The notes under the pieces are model-generated. The model was given only the letters and a program-made list of their open reading frames with translations. It made no database searches and was not told the origin of the DNA. Of a stretch of 64,000 bases of DNA, positions 52,986 to 64,000 are shown in pieces (the first letter of the stretch is position 1; the number at the start of each line of letters is the position of its first letter). The stretch is from an uncultured Planctomycetia bacterium. GTDB taxonomy: Bacteria; Omnitrophota; Gorgyraeia; Tantalellales; Tantalellaceae. The position numbers were made by a program, and so were the translations under genes. The stretch lies in contig CAZNEE010000001.1 of the NCBI GenBank assembly GCA_964572255.1, positions 66,223-130,222 of the forward strand, read 5' to 3'.

Positions 52986-53009
52986 TTATATCCAGAATGC
53001 GAATTTATC

Positions 53010-53039
53010 TTGCAAAATTTCCACTTCCATTGCTATAAT
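53010..53039 (+). promoter_or_regulatory. Sigma70-like promoter: TTGCAA, 18-nt spacer, TATAAT, upstream of the LbH-glmM pair.
   Basis: Hexamers read in the 168-nt gap. Confidence 0.45.
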
Positions 53040-53094
53040 ATAGCTTCTTTAATAATATTACTAATTATTTAACCTGTTTTAATAAGGTGTTTAT

Positions 53095-53916
53095 ATGCTA
53101 AGACCCGAAGATTTTTTTGATCTCAGCCGGACCGGATATGCCGATCTCTTTGACGGGGTTGAATACGTCTGGGAAGCTTTGAGCAAATTAAAGGGTTACA
53201 TAAAAGAGAAGATCTCGCCTAATATGCCCAAAGTGGTTTCAAAAGGGAGTCTTATAGATTCCACTATTGTCATATATAACGGTAAGGTGATCGAGGGTGA
53301 ATTTTGCGTGGAAATGGGAAATGCCTCGAAAGGTGAGCTGGTCGTTAAAAAGAACGGTGAAGTTCTGTCCGGTGCGTCGATAATTTGCGCCGGTGCCGTT
53401 CTTATGGATGATATAGAGATAGGAAAAGGTTCCATCATCGAACCGGGGGCATTGATAAAAGGGCCTACTATAATAGGAGATAATACGGAAGTACGTCAGG
53501 GTGCTTATATCAGAGGGAACGTGCTTGTTGGTTCCGGATGTGTTGTCGGGCATACAACAGAGATGAAATCCGCTGTCATGCTCGGTGAAAGCAAAGCAGG
53601 GCATTTCGCGTATATCGGTGACAGTATTTTAGGCAAGGTTAATCTTGGCGCGGGAACGAAGCTTGCTAATTTAAAGATCACTGATACGGAAGTCATTCTT
53701 AGGATAAAGGGCAAGAAATATGAAACCGGCCTTAGGAAATTCGGTGCGATTTTGGGGGATGGGGTGGAAACGGGTTGCAACACTGTAACGTCACCCGGGA
53801 CAATTCTTTCCAAGGGCGTACTTGTTTATCCGAATTCCATGGCCAGCGGGTATCATGAGGAGAATACGATAATTAAATTAAGACAAAAACAGGAAATCAA
53901 AAAGAAGGGCGAGTAA
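53095..53916 (+). CDS. Hexapeptide-repeat (left-handed beta-helix) transferase family protein, 273 aa. It is translationally coupled to glmM (TAA immediately followed by ATG), so a GlmU-like acetyltransferase role is possible.
   Basis: Imperfect [LIV]-G-x-x-x-x hexapeptide periodicity through GSIIEPGALIKGPTIIGDNTEVRQGAYIRGNVLVGSGCVVGHTTEMKSAVMLGESKAGHFAYIGDSILGKVNLGAG. Confidence 0.75.
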   Translation: MLRPEDFFDLSRTGYADLFDGVEYVWEALSKLKGYIKEKISPNMPKVVSKGSLIDSTIVIYNGKVIEGEFCVEMGNASKGELVVKKNGEVLSGASIICAGAVLMDDIEIGKGSIIEPGALIKGPTIIGDNTEVRQGAYIRGNVLVGSGCVVGHTTEMKSAVMLGESKAGHFAYIGDSILGKVNLGAGTKLANLKITDTEVILRIKGKKYETGLRKFGAILGDGVETGCNTVTSPGTILSKGVLVYPNSMASGYHEENTIIKLRQKQEIKKKGE

Positions 53917-55266
53917 ATGGGAAAATTATTCGGAACGGACGGAATAAGGGGTATAGCGAACAGCGCACCGATGACTGTCGATATGGCGCTGAAAGTCGGA
54001 CAGGCGGTCGGTTATCTTTTCAGGAGAAGAGGCAATCACTCCAGGATCCTGATCGGCAAAGATACCAGGCTTTCAGGATATATGCTGGAAAACGCTATAG
54101 CCTCGGGAATAAACTCCATGGGAACAGATGTTATTTTTGTCGGTCCCATGCCTACGCCGGGGATAGCTTTTATTACCGAAAATATGGACGCGGATTGCGG
54201 TATTGTCATTTCTGCTTCTCACAATCCTTTTGCAGATAACGGAATAAAGATATTTACTCCCGAAGGCCTAAAACTTACAGATGATCAGGAGCAGGAGATG
54301 GAAGAGTTGATCTCATCAAGTCGGCTCTCAACGCTCTTGTCCCCTCCGGAAGAGATCGGAAGGGCCTGGAGGGAAGAAGACGCTTTAGGCAGATATATAG
54401 TGTTTTTGAAGCATACTTTCCCCAGATACATGAATTTGAAAGGATTTAAGATCGTTATGGATTGCGCTAACGGCGCCACTTATAAGGTTGCTCCCACGCT
54501 TTTCAGGGAGATGAGGGCCGAGACCGTTAATATGAACGTGAACCCCAATGGTGAAAATATTAATCTTAACTGCGGTACGCTTCATCCCGAAAATCTTGTT
54601 AAAAAAGTTATACAGGAAAATGCTGACATCGGGCTTGCTTTTGACGGAGACGGGGATAGAGTGATCGCGATAGATGAAAAAGGCGGGATACTTACGGGAG
54701 ATCAGATGCTCGCTATTTGCGCGAAAAGGATGAAAGACGAGGGAACTCTCGCAAATGATCTTGTTGTATCGACAGTTATGAGTAACATAGGCTTTATACG
54801 CGCGCTTGAGGAGATAGGCATCAGAAATGTCCAGTCACAGGTCGGGGACAGGTATGTACTTGAAGAGATGCGCAAGAACGGAGCGGTTCTGGGCGGAGAA
54901 GATTCAGGGCATATTATTTTCGCCCAGCATCATACGACCGGTGACGGCATTCTTACGGCGCTTCAGCTTTTAGCTGTTATAAAGAAGGAAGATAAACCGC
55001 TTTCCGAGCTTAAAAAGATCATGAAAGTATATCCCCAGATCCTTATTAACATAGATGTTTCGGAAAAACCGCCGCTTGATACCGTGCCGGAGATACAAAA
55101 TATAATAAAAGAAGTCGAGAGCGAACTGGGAGACAACGGACGGGTACTTGTCAGATATTCAGGCACACAAAATATGTGCAGAGTGATGGTCGAAGGTCCA
55201 ACAGAAGATACCACTAAAGTATTGGCGCAGAAAATAGCCGATGTTGTCAGCACAAGGTTAAGATAA
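53917..55266 (+). CDS. glmM: Phosphoglucosamine mutase, 449 aa.
   Basis: N-terminal MGKLFGTDGIRG, the active-site Ser loop SASHNPFADNGIKIF, and the overall alpha-D-phosphohexomutase layout. Confidence 0.95.
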   Translation: MGKLFGTDGIRGIANSAPMTVDMALKVGQAVGYLFRRRGNHSRILIGKDTRLSGYMLENAIASGINSMGTDVIFVGPMPTPGIAFITENMDADCGIVISASHNPFADNGIKIFTPEGLKLTDDQEQEMEELISSSRLSTLLSPPEEIGRAWREEDALGRYIVFLKHTFPRYMNLKGFKIVMDCANGATYKVAPTLFREMRAETVNMNVNPNGENINLNCGTLHPENLVKKVIQENADIGLAFDGDGDRVIAIDEKGGILTGDQMLAICAKRMKDEGTLANDLVVSTVMSNIGFIRALEEIGIRNVQSQVGDRYVLEEMRKNGAVLGGEDSGHIIFAQHHTTGDGILTALQLLAVIKKEDKPLSELKKIMKVYPQILINIDVSEKPPLDTVPEIQNIIKEVESELGDNGRVLVRYSGTQNMCRVMVEGPTEDTTKVLAQKIADVVSTRLR

Positions 55267-55302
55267 GAGACGGTTTAGCGTATATTAATATAGTATTTTT
55301 AC

Positions 55303-55331
55303 TTGCATCATTATATATCTATTGTTATAAT
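55303..55331 (+). promoter_or_regulatory. Sigma70-like promoter for the tRNA pair: TTGCAT, 17-nt spacer, TATAAT. It ends 15 nt before the tRNA-Lys 5' end.
   Basis: Hexamers read directly. Confidence 0.5.
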
Positions 55332-55346
55332 ACGCACCGATAAGGT

Positions 55347-55422
55347 GCCCGCATAGCTCAGCTGGCAGAGCAACTGACTCTTAATCAGTGGGTCCAAGGT
55401 TCGAATCCTTGTGCGGGTACCA
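55347..55422 (+). tRNA. tRNA-Lys (anticodon CTT), with encoded CCA.
   Basis: Cloverleaf folded by hand: acceptor gcccgca/tgcgggt (G1-U72 wobble), D-stem gctc/gagc, anticodon stem actga/tcagt with loop ctCTTaa, T-stem caagg/ccttg with loop ttcgaat, discriminator A. Confidence 0.85.
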
Positions 55423-55458
55423 AAGTTAGCCTAAAACACAGTTTATTAATGATTGCGA

Positions 55459-55534
55459 GCGGGTGTAGCTCAGTTGGTAGAGCATCACGTTGCCAACGTG
55501 ATTGTCGTCGGTTCGAGCCCGATCACCCGCTCCA
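55459..55534 (+). tRNA. tRNA-Gly (anticodon GCC), with encoded CCA.
   Basis: Acceptor gcgggtg/cacccgc, D-stem gctc/gagc, anticodon stem tcacg/cgtga with loop ttGCCaa, T-loop ttcgagc, discriminator U. Confidence 0.85.
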
Positions 55535-55584
55535 TTTTCATCTATCCCTGGAATTTTGATCAAACGATACAAGGAGCGAGAGGC

Positions 55585-56058
55585 ATGAAAATCAGTGAGA
55601 TGTTAAGCGGCAATGCTATTAACGTTGATTTAAAAGCTACCGATAAAGAAGGTATTATCGAAGAACTTGTCGATCTTTTGGTGTCTTCCGGCAGCATAAA
55701 AAAAGCTCAGAAAGAAGAAATATTATCCAAGCTCAAAGAAAGAGAAGTACTTGGGTCCACCGGTATCGGTAAAGGAGTGGGGATTCCTCACGCAAAGAGT
55801 AAAAGCGTCAAAAAAATGATCGCGGCTTTCGGCGTATCTAAAAAAGGCGTTGATTTTAAATCGCTGGACGGCTCTCCGGCAAATATATTTTTCCTTTTGA
55901 TCGCCCCCGGAGAGACTCCCGGACCTCATCTTAAGGCATTGGCGAAGATATCGCGTTTACTTGATGATAAATTTATCCGTGAAAGGTTGCGTTCAGCTGC
56001 TTCAACTAAAGAGGCCATTAAGATCATGATAGATGAAGAGCAAAAAGCCGCCCAATAA
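55585..56058 (+). CDS. ptsN: PTS EIIA (fructose/nitrogen-type, PtsN-like) regulatory protein, 158 aa. The track ORF 55453-56058 starts inside tRNA-Gly; the real start is the ATG at 55585, preceded by AAGGAG.
   Basis: NAINVDLKATDKEGIIEELV...GIGKGVGIPHAKS (phosphorylatable His loop)...IFFLLIAP. Confidence 0.75.
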   Translation: MKISEMLSGNAINVDLKATDKEGIIEELVDLLVSSGSIKKAQKEEILSKLKEREVLGSTGIGKGVGIPHAKSKSVKKMIAAFGVSKKGVDFKSLDGSPANIFFLLIAPGETPGPHLKALAKISRLLDDKFIRERLRSAASTKEAIKIMIDEEQKAAQ

Positions 56059-56082
56059 AAAAATGATATTTAGGAAAAATTA

Positions 56083-57330
56083 ATGAAGAACTTGAAATGG
56101 CTTTATCCAGGAATGCTTATCAAACGATGGATAGCTCTCGCTGTATTCGGCATGCTGATGGTATCGATGGGTTTTGTCATAGTTATTTTTGAACGCAGCC
56201 CGGAGAACAAGTCAGTTGCCGGCCTTATTATAATCCTTGGAATAATCTGCGTAATAATATCCGTCAAAAGGATATTAAAAACTTTCATGACGGCTTTGGC
56301 TTTGGAACCGGTAATTGACAGCAATATCGTGGATAAGATCTATGCTAAGCGTATTCTGGAAAAAGGCGCTAAGATCGTTGTAATAGGGGGAGGCACGGGC
56401 CTGTTCACGCTTCTTACGGGCCTCAAACAAAGGACAAGCAATCTTACCGCTATTGTCACGGTCGCGGATGAAGGCGGGTCGTCCGGCCGTCTTAGAGAAG
56501 AGTTGGATGTTCTGCCTCCGGGAGATATCCGTAACTGTTTGGTGGCTTTGGCCGATTCTGAAGATCTCTTAAGATCGCTTTTCCAGTTTCGCTTCCAGGA
56601 AGGAAAAAGTCTGTCCGGACATAATTTCGGCAATCTTTTCATAAGCGCATTATCCAAAGTTACGGGGGATTTCAACCGGGCGATCAAGGAATCAAGCAAG
56701 GTTCTTGCTATCAGAGGCAACGTATATCCCGCTACATTGCAAAAGGTAAGACTTGTAGCAAAAAGGATCGACGGCAGAGAAACGGTGGGAGAGAGCCATA
56801 TAAGGGAAGAAAGAGAAAGTCCTATCGATCGGCTGGTTATTTCACCGGCTAATTGTGCTGCGACGCGCGAATCCGTCGAGGCAATACGCCGAGCTGATGC
56901 GATCATTCTCGGCCCGGGCAGTTTATATACAAGCGTTATGCCGAACATAATCATCAGCGGCATCAAGAATGAGATCATTAAGTCAAGAGCGGCAAAAATT
57001 TATGTATGCAATGTCATGACCGAACCGGGTGAGACGGATGATTATTCGGTAAGCGATCATGTAAGAGCCATAATTAAACATACGGATTCCGGTATGGTGG
57101 ATTATTGTATCGCCAATGTTTCGTCTATTCCCCAGCACTTGTATGATAAATATAAGCTTGAGGACAAGCATCCCGTTCAATTGGATGAAAAGGATGAAAA
57201 ATGGTTCAAACAGAACAAGATAAAATTGGTAAAGGCACGCATAGCAAGTATGGAAGAGTTTGTCAGGCATAACTCCGATAAACTTTCCGATGTGATCATA
57301 GAGATAATAAGCAACCGGCAAAAGAGGTAA
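56083..57330 (+). CDS. yvcK: YvcK/CofD-family (UPF0052, gluconeogenesis-factor-like) protein with an N-terminal two-helix membrane anchor, 415 aa.
   Basis: VVIGGGTGLFTLLTGLK...NLTAIVTVADEGGSSGRLREELDVLPPGDIRNCLVALA. Two hydrophobic helices in the first 70 aa. Confidence 0.85.
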   Translation: MKNLKWLYPGMLIKRWIALAVFGMLMVSMGFVIVIFERSPENKSVAGLIIILGIICVIISVKRILKTFMTALALEPVIDSNIVDKIYAKRILEKGAKIVVIGGGTGLFTLLTGLKQRTSNLTAIVTVADEGGSSGRLREELDVLPPGDIRNCLVALADSEDLLRSLFQFRFQEGKSLSGHNFGNLFISALSKVTGDFNRAIKESSKVLAIRGNVYPATLQKVRLVAKRIDGRETVGESHIREERESPIDRLVISPANCAATRESVEAIRRADAIILGPGSLYTSVMPNIIISGIKNEIIKSRAAKIYVCNVMTEPGETDDYSVSDHVRAIIKHTDSGMVDYCIANVSSIPQHLYDKYKLEDKHPVQLDEKDEKWFKQNKIKLVKARIASMEEFVRHNSDKLSDVIIEIISNRQKR

Positions 57331-57336
57331 TTTAAA

Positions 57337-59367
57337 GTGAAAAAAGCTAAATTGGCAATGGCGTTTCATTGTTATCAGCCTGTCGATAATTTCGACTGGA
57401 CGATCGAAGAGGCTTATCAAAAAGCATATAAGCCTCTTGTGGAGACGCTGGAAGGGTTCCCGGCCATCAAAGCGTCATTCCATTTTTCAGGCAACTTGCT
57501 TGAATGGCTGGAGAAAAAACATCCCCGTTACATTGATAAACTTTCACTGCTTCTCAGAAAAGGGCAGATAGAACTGATCGGCGGCGGGTTTTGCGAGCCT
57601 ATAATGGCTTTGATCCCTGAAAGGGACAGGAGGGGTCAGATAGAAAAAAACGAGGGAATTCTTAGAAGAATATTCAAGGCGGAACCAAGGGGGGCATGGA
57701 TCACTGAAAGGGTATGGGTCCCGGAGCTTGCGGATACTTTATTATCCTCAAATTTTGAATATACGATACTTGATGATTATCATCTTTTTCAAGCCGGGAT
57801 AGAAGCCGATGAGGTGTTTAATCCATACCTTGTTCACGGCAAAAACGGTTCTTTGACATTTTTTCCGTCATCGACAAGATTAAGGTATTACATACCGTTT
57901 AGGACGCCAAAGGCGGTCATTAATTATCTGAAGGACGTGACTCAAAACAGCCTTAACGATATTTCCTGTTTCTTTTTTGCAGATGATGGGGAAAAGTTCG
58001 GATTCTGGCCGCATACACACTGGTGGGTTTATAAGAAAAAATGGCTCAGCAATTTTTTCTCCGCTTTGGAAAATAATTCAGATTGGCTCCAGACCCTTAA
58101 ATATTCCGATGTGAAAGATAAAGTATCGCCAAAAAAAGCAATAGACATCCCGGAATCAAGTTATGCGGAAATGACGGAATGGAGCGGGGGGAATTTTAAA
58201 AATTTCCTCAAGAAGTATCCGGGGTCTCACCGCATGCACAGAAGAATGATGTCTGTCAGCGACAGGATCGACAAGATGAAAAGCCTCGCGACCCGTCAGG
58301 TCGAGGAAGAAAAAATAGACAAGGCGCAGACCGAACTTTATAAAGCACAATCCGGTTGTGCTTACTGGCACGGTACTTTCGGAGGTTTTTATTTTCCGCA
58401 CTTAAGGTCCGGCATTTACGGGCATTTAATCAAGGCGCAGAGTATCATAGACCTGATGAACCGGGAAGGGACCAAACACGTGAAGTCCATTGAACACGAT
58501 ATGGGCGGTTCAAAACAAGAGACGATCATACGTAATAAATTCATAGATCTCTTTGTAAAATCCCATAATGGCGGGGCGATAAGTGAATTGGACTTTAAAC
58601 CTTTCAATGTCAATTTGATGAATACCATATCACGGATCAGGGAAGAGTATCATAAAAAGCTGAAAAAAGGGTACAAAAGACGTATCAAGCATGCGCGAAA
58701 AAGCATCTTTAAAGGCGAATTTACCGATATTCATGATCTTTTAGGCATTAGCGAAAAAGGGCTTAAGAAAATGATGTTTTACGATGATTACCAGCGGGCA
58801 TCTTTTCTTACCCATGTTTTGAAGAACGGAAGATCATGGAAAAGCATGAACAGGGGAATAACGAGCGAGGTGAAATTCCTTGAAGGCGCGTATTCTTCGG
58901 AGATCAGTGACAGCGGAGATAACATAATACAGACTCTGCGAAAAAGAGCAAAAGTGTTTATGGATAACAGCAGGTCCTTTGATCTGGAAGTCGTAAAGGA
59001 TATAAATGTCGGTACGGACGCGGGGGCGGAATTTTCTCATAAGATCATAAAACATTTCGGCAGCGACCTCCCTTTAAAATATGCCGTGGAATTCAATTTT
59101 TCCATTAAAGATAAAGATACTGCTTCGAAGCCGCGTCTTGAAAGGACTGATAACCTCAAGTTCCATGATGAGTATTCAGGACTTGATCTGAAGTTTTTCC
59201 TTAACAGAGAGTTTACGGTGTTCACCTATCCGATATATACAGTCAATGAATCGGAAGCGGGGCTTGAGAAGATTTATCAGGGGATATCGATATTGATCGG
59301 AGAAGATTGCGTTTTGGCTCGTGACGGAGATGAACGCAGCATGCAGATTAAGCTTGAAATAGCATAA
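57337..59367 (+). CDS. Glycoside hydrolase family 57 protein (alpha-glucan-active; 4-alpha-glucanotransferase / branching-enzyme-like), 676 aa.
   Basis: All four GH57 signature regions in order: FHCYQP (HQP), GQIELIGGG, WITERVW (nucleophile Glu), FADDGEKFG (acid/base Asp). Confidence 0.9.
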   Translation: MKKAKLAMAFHCYQPVDNFDWTIEEAYQKAYKPLVETLEGFPAIKASFHFSGNLLEWLEKKHPRYIDKLSLLLRKGQIELIGGGFCEPIMALIPERDRRGQIEKNEGILRRIFKAEPRGAWITERVWVPELADTLLSSNFEYTILDDYHLFQAGIEADEVFNPYLVHGKNGSLTFFPSSTRLRYYIPFRTPKAVINYLKDVTQNSLNDISCFFFADDGEKFGFWPHTHWWVYKKKWLSNFFSALENNSDWLQTLKYSDVKDKVSPKKAIDIPESSYAEMTEWSGGNFKNFLKKYPGSHRMHRRMMSVSDRIDKMKSLATRQVEEEKIDKAQTELYKAQSGCAYWHGTFGGFYFPHLRSGIYGHLIKAQSIIDLMNREGTKHVKSIEHDMGGSKQETIIRNKFIDLFVKSHNGGAISELDFKPFNVNLMNTISRIREEYHKKLKKGYKRRIKHARKSIFKGEFTDIHDLLGISEKGLKKMMFYDDYQRASFLTHVLKNGRSWKSMNRGITSEVKFLEGAYSSEISDSGDNIIQTLRKRAKVFMDNSRSFDLEVVKDINVGTDAGAEFSHKIIKHFGSDLPLKYAVEFNFSIKDKDTASKPRLERTDNLKFHDEYSGLDLKFFLNREFTVFTYPIYTVNESEAGLEKIYQGISILIGEDCVLARDGDERSMQIKLEIA

Positions 59368-59648
59368 TGAAAGTACAAAAAGACATAATAGTAAAGAATA
59401 AAACAGGCCTACATGCCAGGCCTGCCGCTATGTTCGTGCAGATCGCTAACAAGTATGACAGCGATATTACCATAATAAAAGAGGATCAGGAAGTTGACGG
59501 CAAATCAATAATGGGGATATTGATGCTGGCGGCAGAGAAAGGTTCGGCTATAACTATAGTTGCGGACGGTGATGACGCTGAAAAAGCGGTAGAAGAGTTA
59601 TCCAAAATGCTGCTCAGTGATGAGATCGATGTGAATAAAGTAGGGTGA
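59367..59648 (+). CDS. ptsH: Phosphocarrier protein HPr, 93 aa. It overlaps the GH57 stop by 1 nt (TAATG).
   Basis: KNKTGLHARPAAMFV (His15 loop), with a Ser46-region GKS present. Confidence 0.95.
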   Translation: MKVQKDIIVKNKTGLHARPAAMFVQIANKYDSDITIIKEDQEVDGKSIMGILMLAAEKGSAITIVADGDDAEKAVEELSKMLLSDEIDVNKVG

Positions 59649-59661
59649 AAAGGACAGATTT

Positions 59662-62215
<2,554 letters not shown>

Positions 62216-62227
62216 AAGGAGAAAGAA

Positions 62228-64000
<1,773 letters not shown>

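Noticed and set aside
55453-56058. Track ORF starting at 55453 (MRAGVAQLVEHH...).
   Set aside because: Its first 25 codons are the tRNA-Gly sequence read as protein. The real CDS starts at the ATG at 55585, which has an AAGGAG RBS.

Overview
This 64-kb window is moderately AT-rich and almost entirely coding on the + strand. About two thirds of it is two giant genes, and the last third is ordinary housekeeping genes.

Giant gene 1 (128-10390, 3,420 aa) has a reading frame with no stop back to the window edge, so it is probably 5'-truncated. It carries:
- an ABC1/UbiB-type kinase-like domain;
- a tandemly duplicated SLT-like (ES...GLAQ) domain;
- two transmembrane (TM) clusters;
- two LYHExIH zinc-binding-like motifs.

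Giant gene 2 (12219-42617, 10,132 aa) is the most striking object in the window. It is a membrane-embedded protein that reiterates one module six times. Each module is a multi-TM domain or a signal-peptide-like segment, then a HEAT/PBS-lyase-type repeat array, then a conserved LEELEEAY...WKQDRMKKQ junction, then a TM helix. This N-terminal two thirds is fused to a midasin-like cassette of six tandem AAA+ domains, a D/E/K-rich acidic linker, and a C-terminal VWA/MIDAS domain with a DxSxS motif. Bacterial midasin-like proteins have been noted in comparative AAA+ studies, but a membrane-anchored form fused to a ~6,000-aa HEAT scaffold is not something I can match to a described protein.

Between the two giants sits a small secreted protein with a transglutaminase-like C-H-D core (10356-12002). 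Downstream of giant 2 are:
- a convergent polysaccharide deacetylase;
- a divergent intergenic region filled by a perfect nested inverted-repeat element (43368-43520);
- a polX-ligA pair;
- a 1,832-aa secreted coiled-coil protein with a C39-like peptidase signature and a 33-nt lysine-rich tandem repeat.

The housekeeping block is a hexapeptide-repeat transferase coupled to glmM, tRNA-Lys(CTT) and tRNA-Gly(GCC), a regulatory PTS cluster (ptsN-like, membrane-anchored yvcK, a GH57 glycoside hydrolase, ptsH, ptsI), a sugar nucleotidyltransferase, metK, and the 5' part of ahcY.

I found no CRISPR array, integrase or transposase. The giant-gene content and domain mix would fit candidate-phylum bacteria known for giant genes (for example Omnitrophota), but that taxonomic guess is inference only. 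Every domain call rests on motif recognition by eye and needs HMM or structure-based confirmation.
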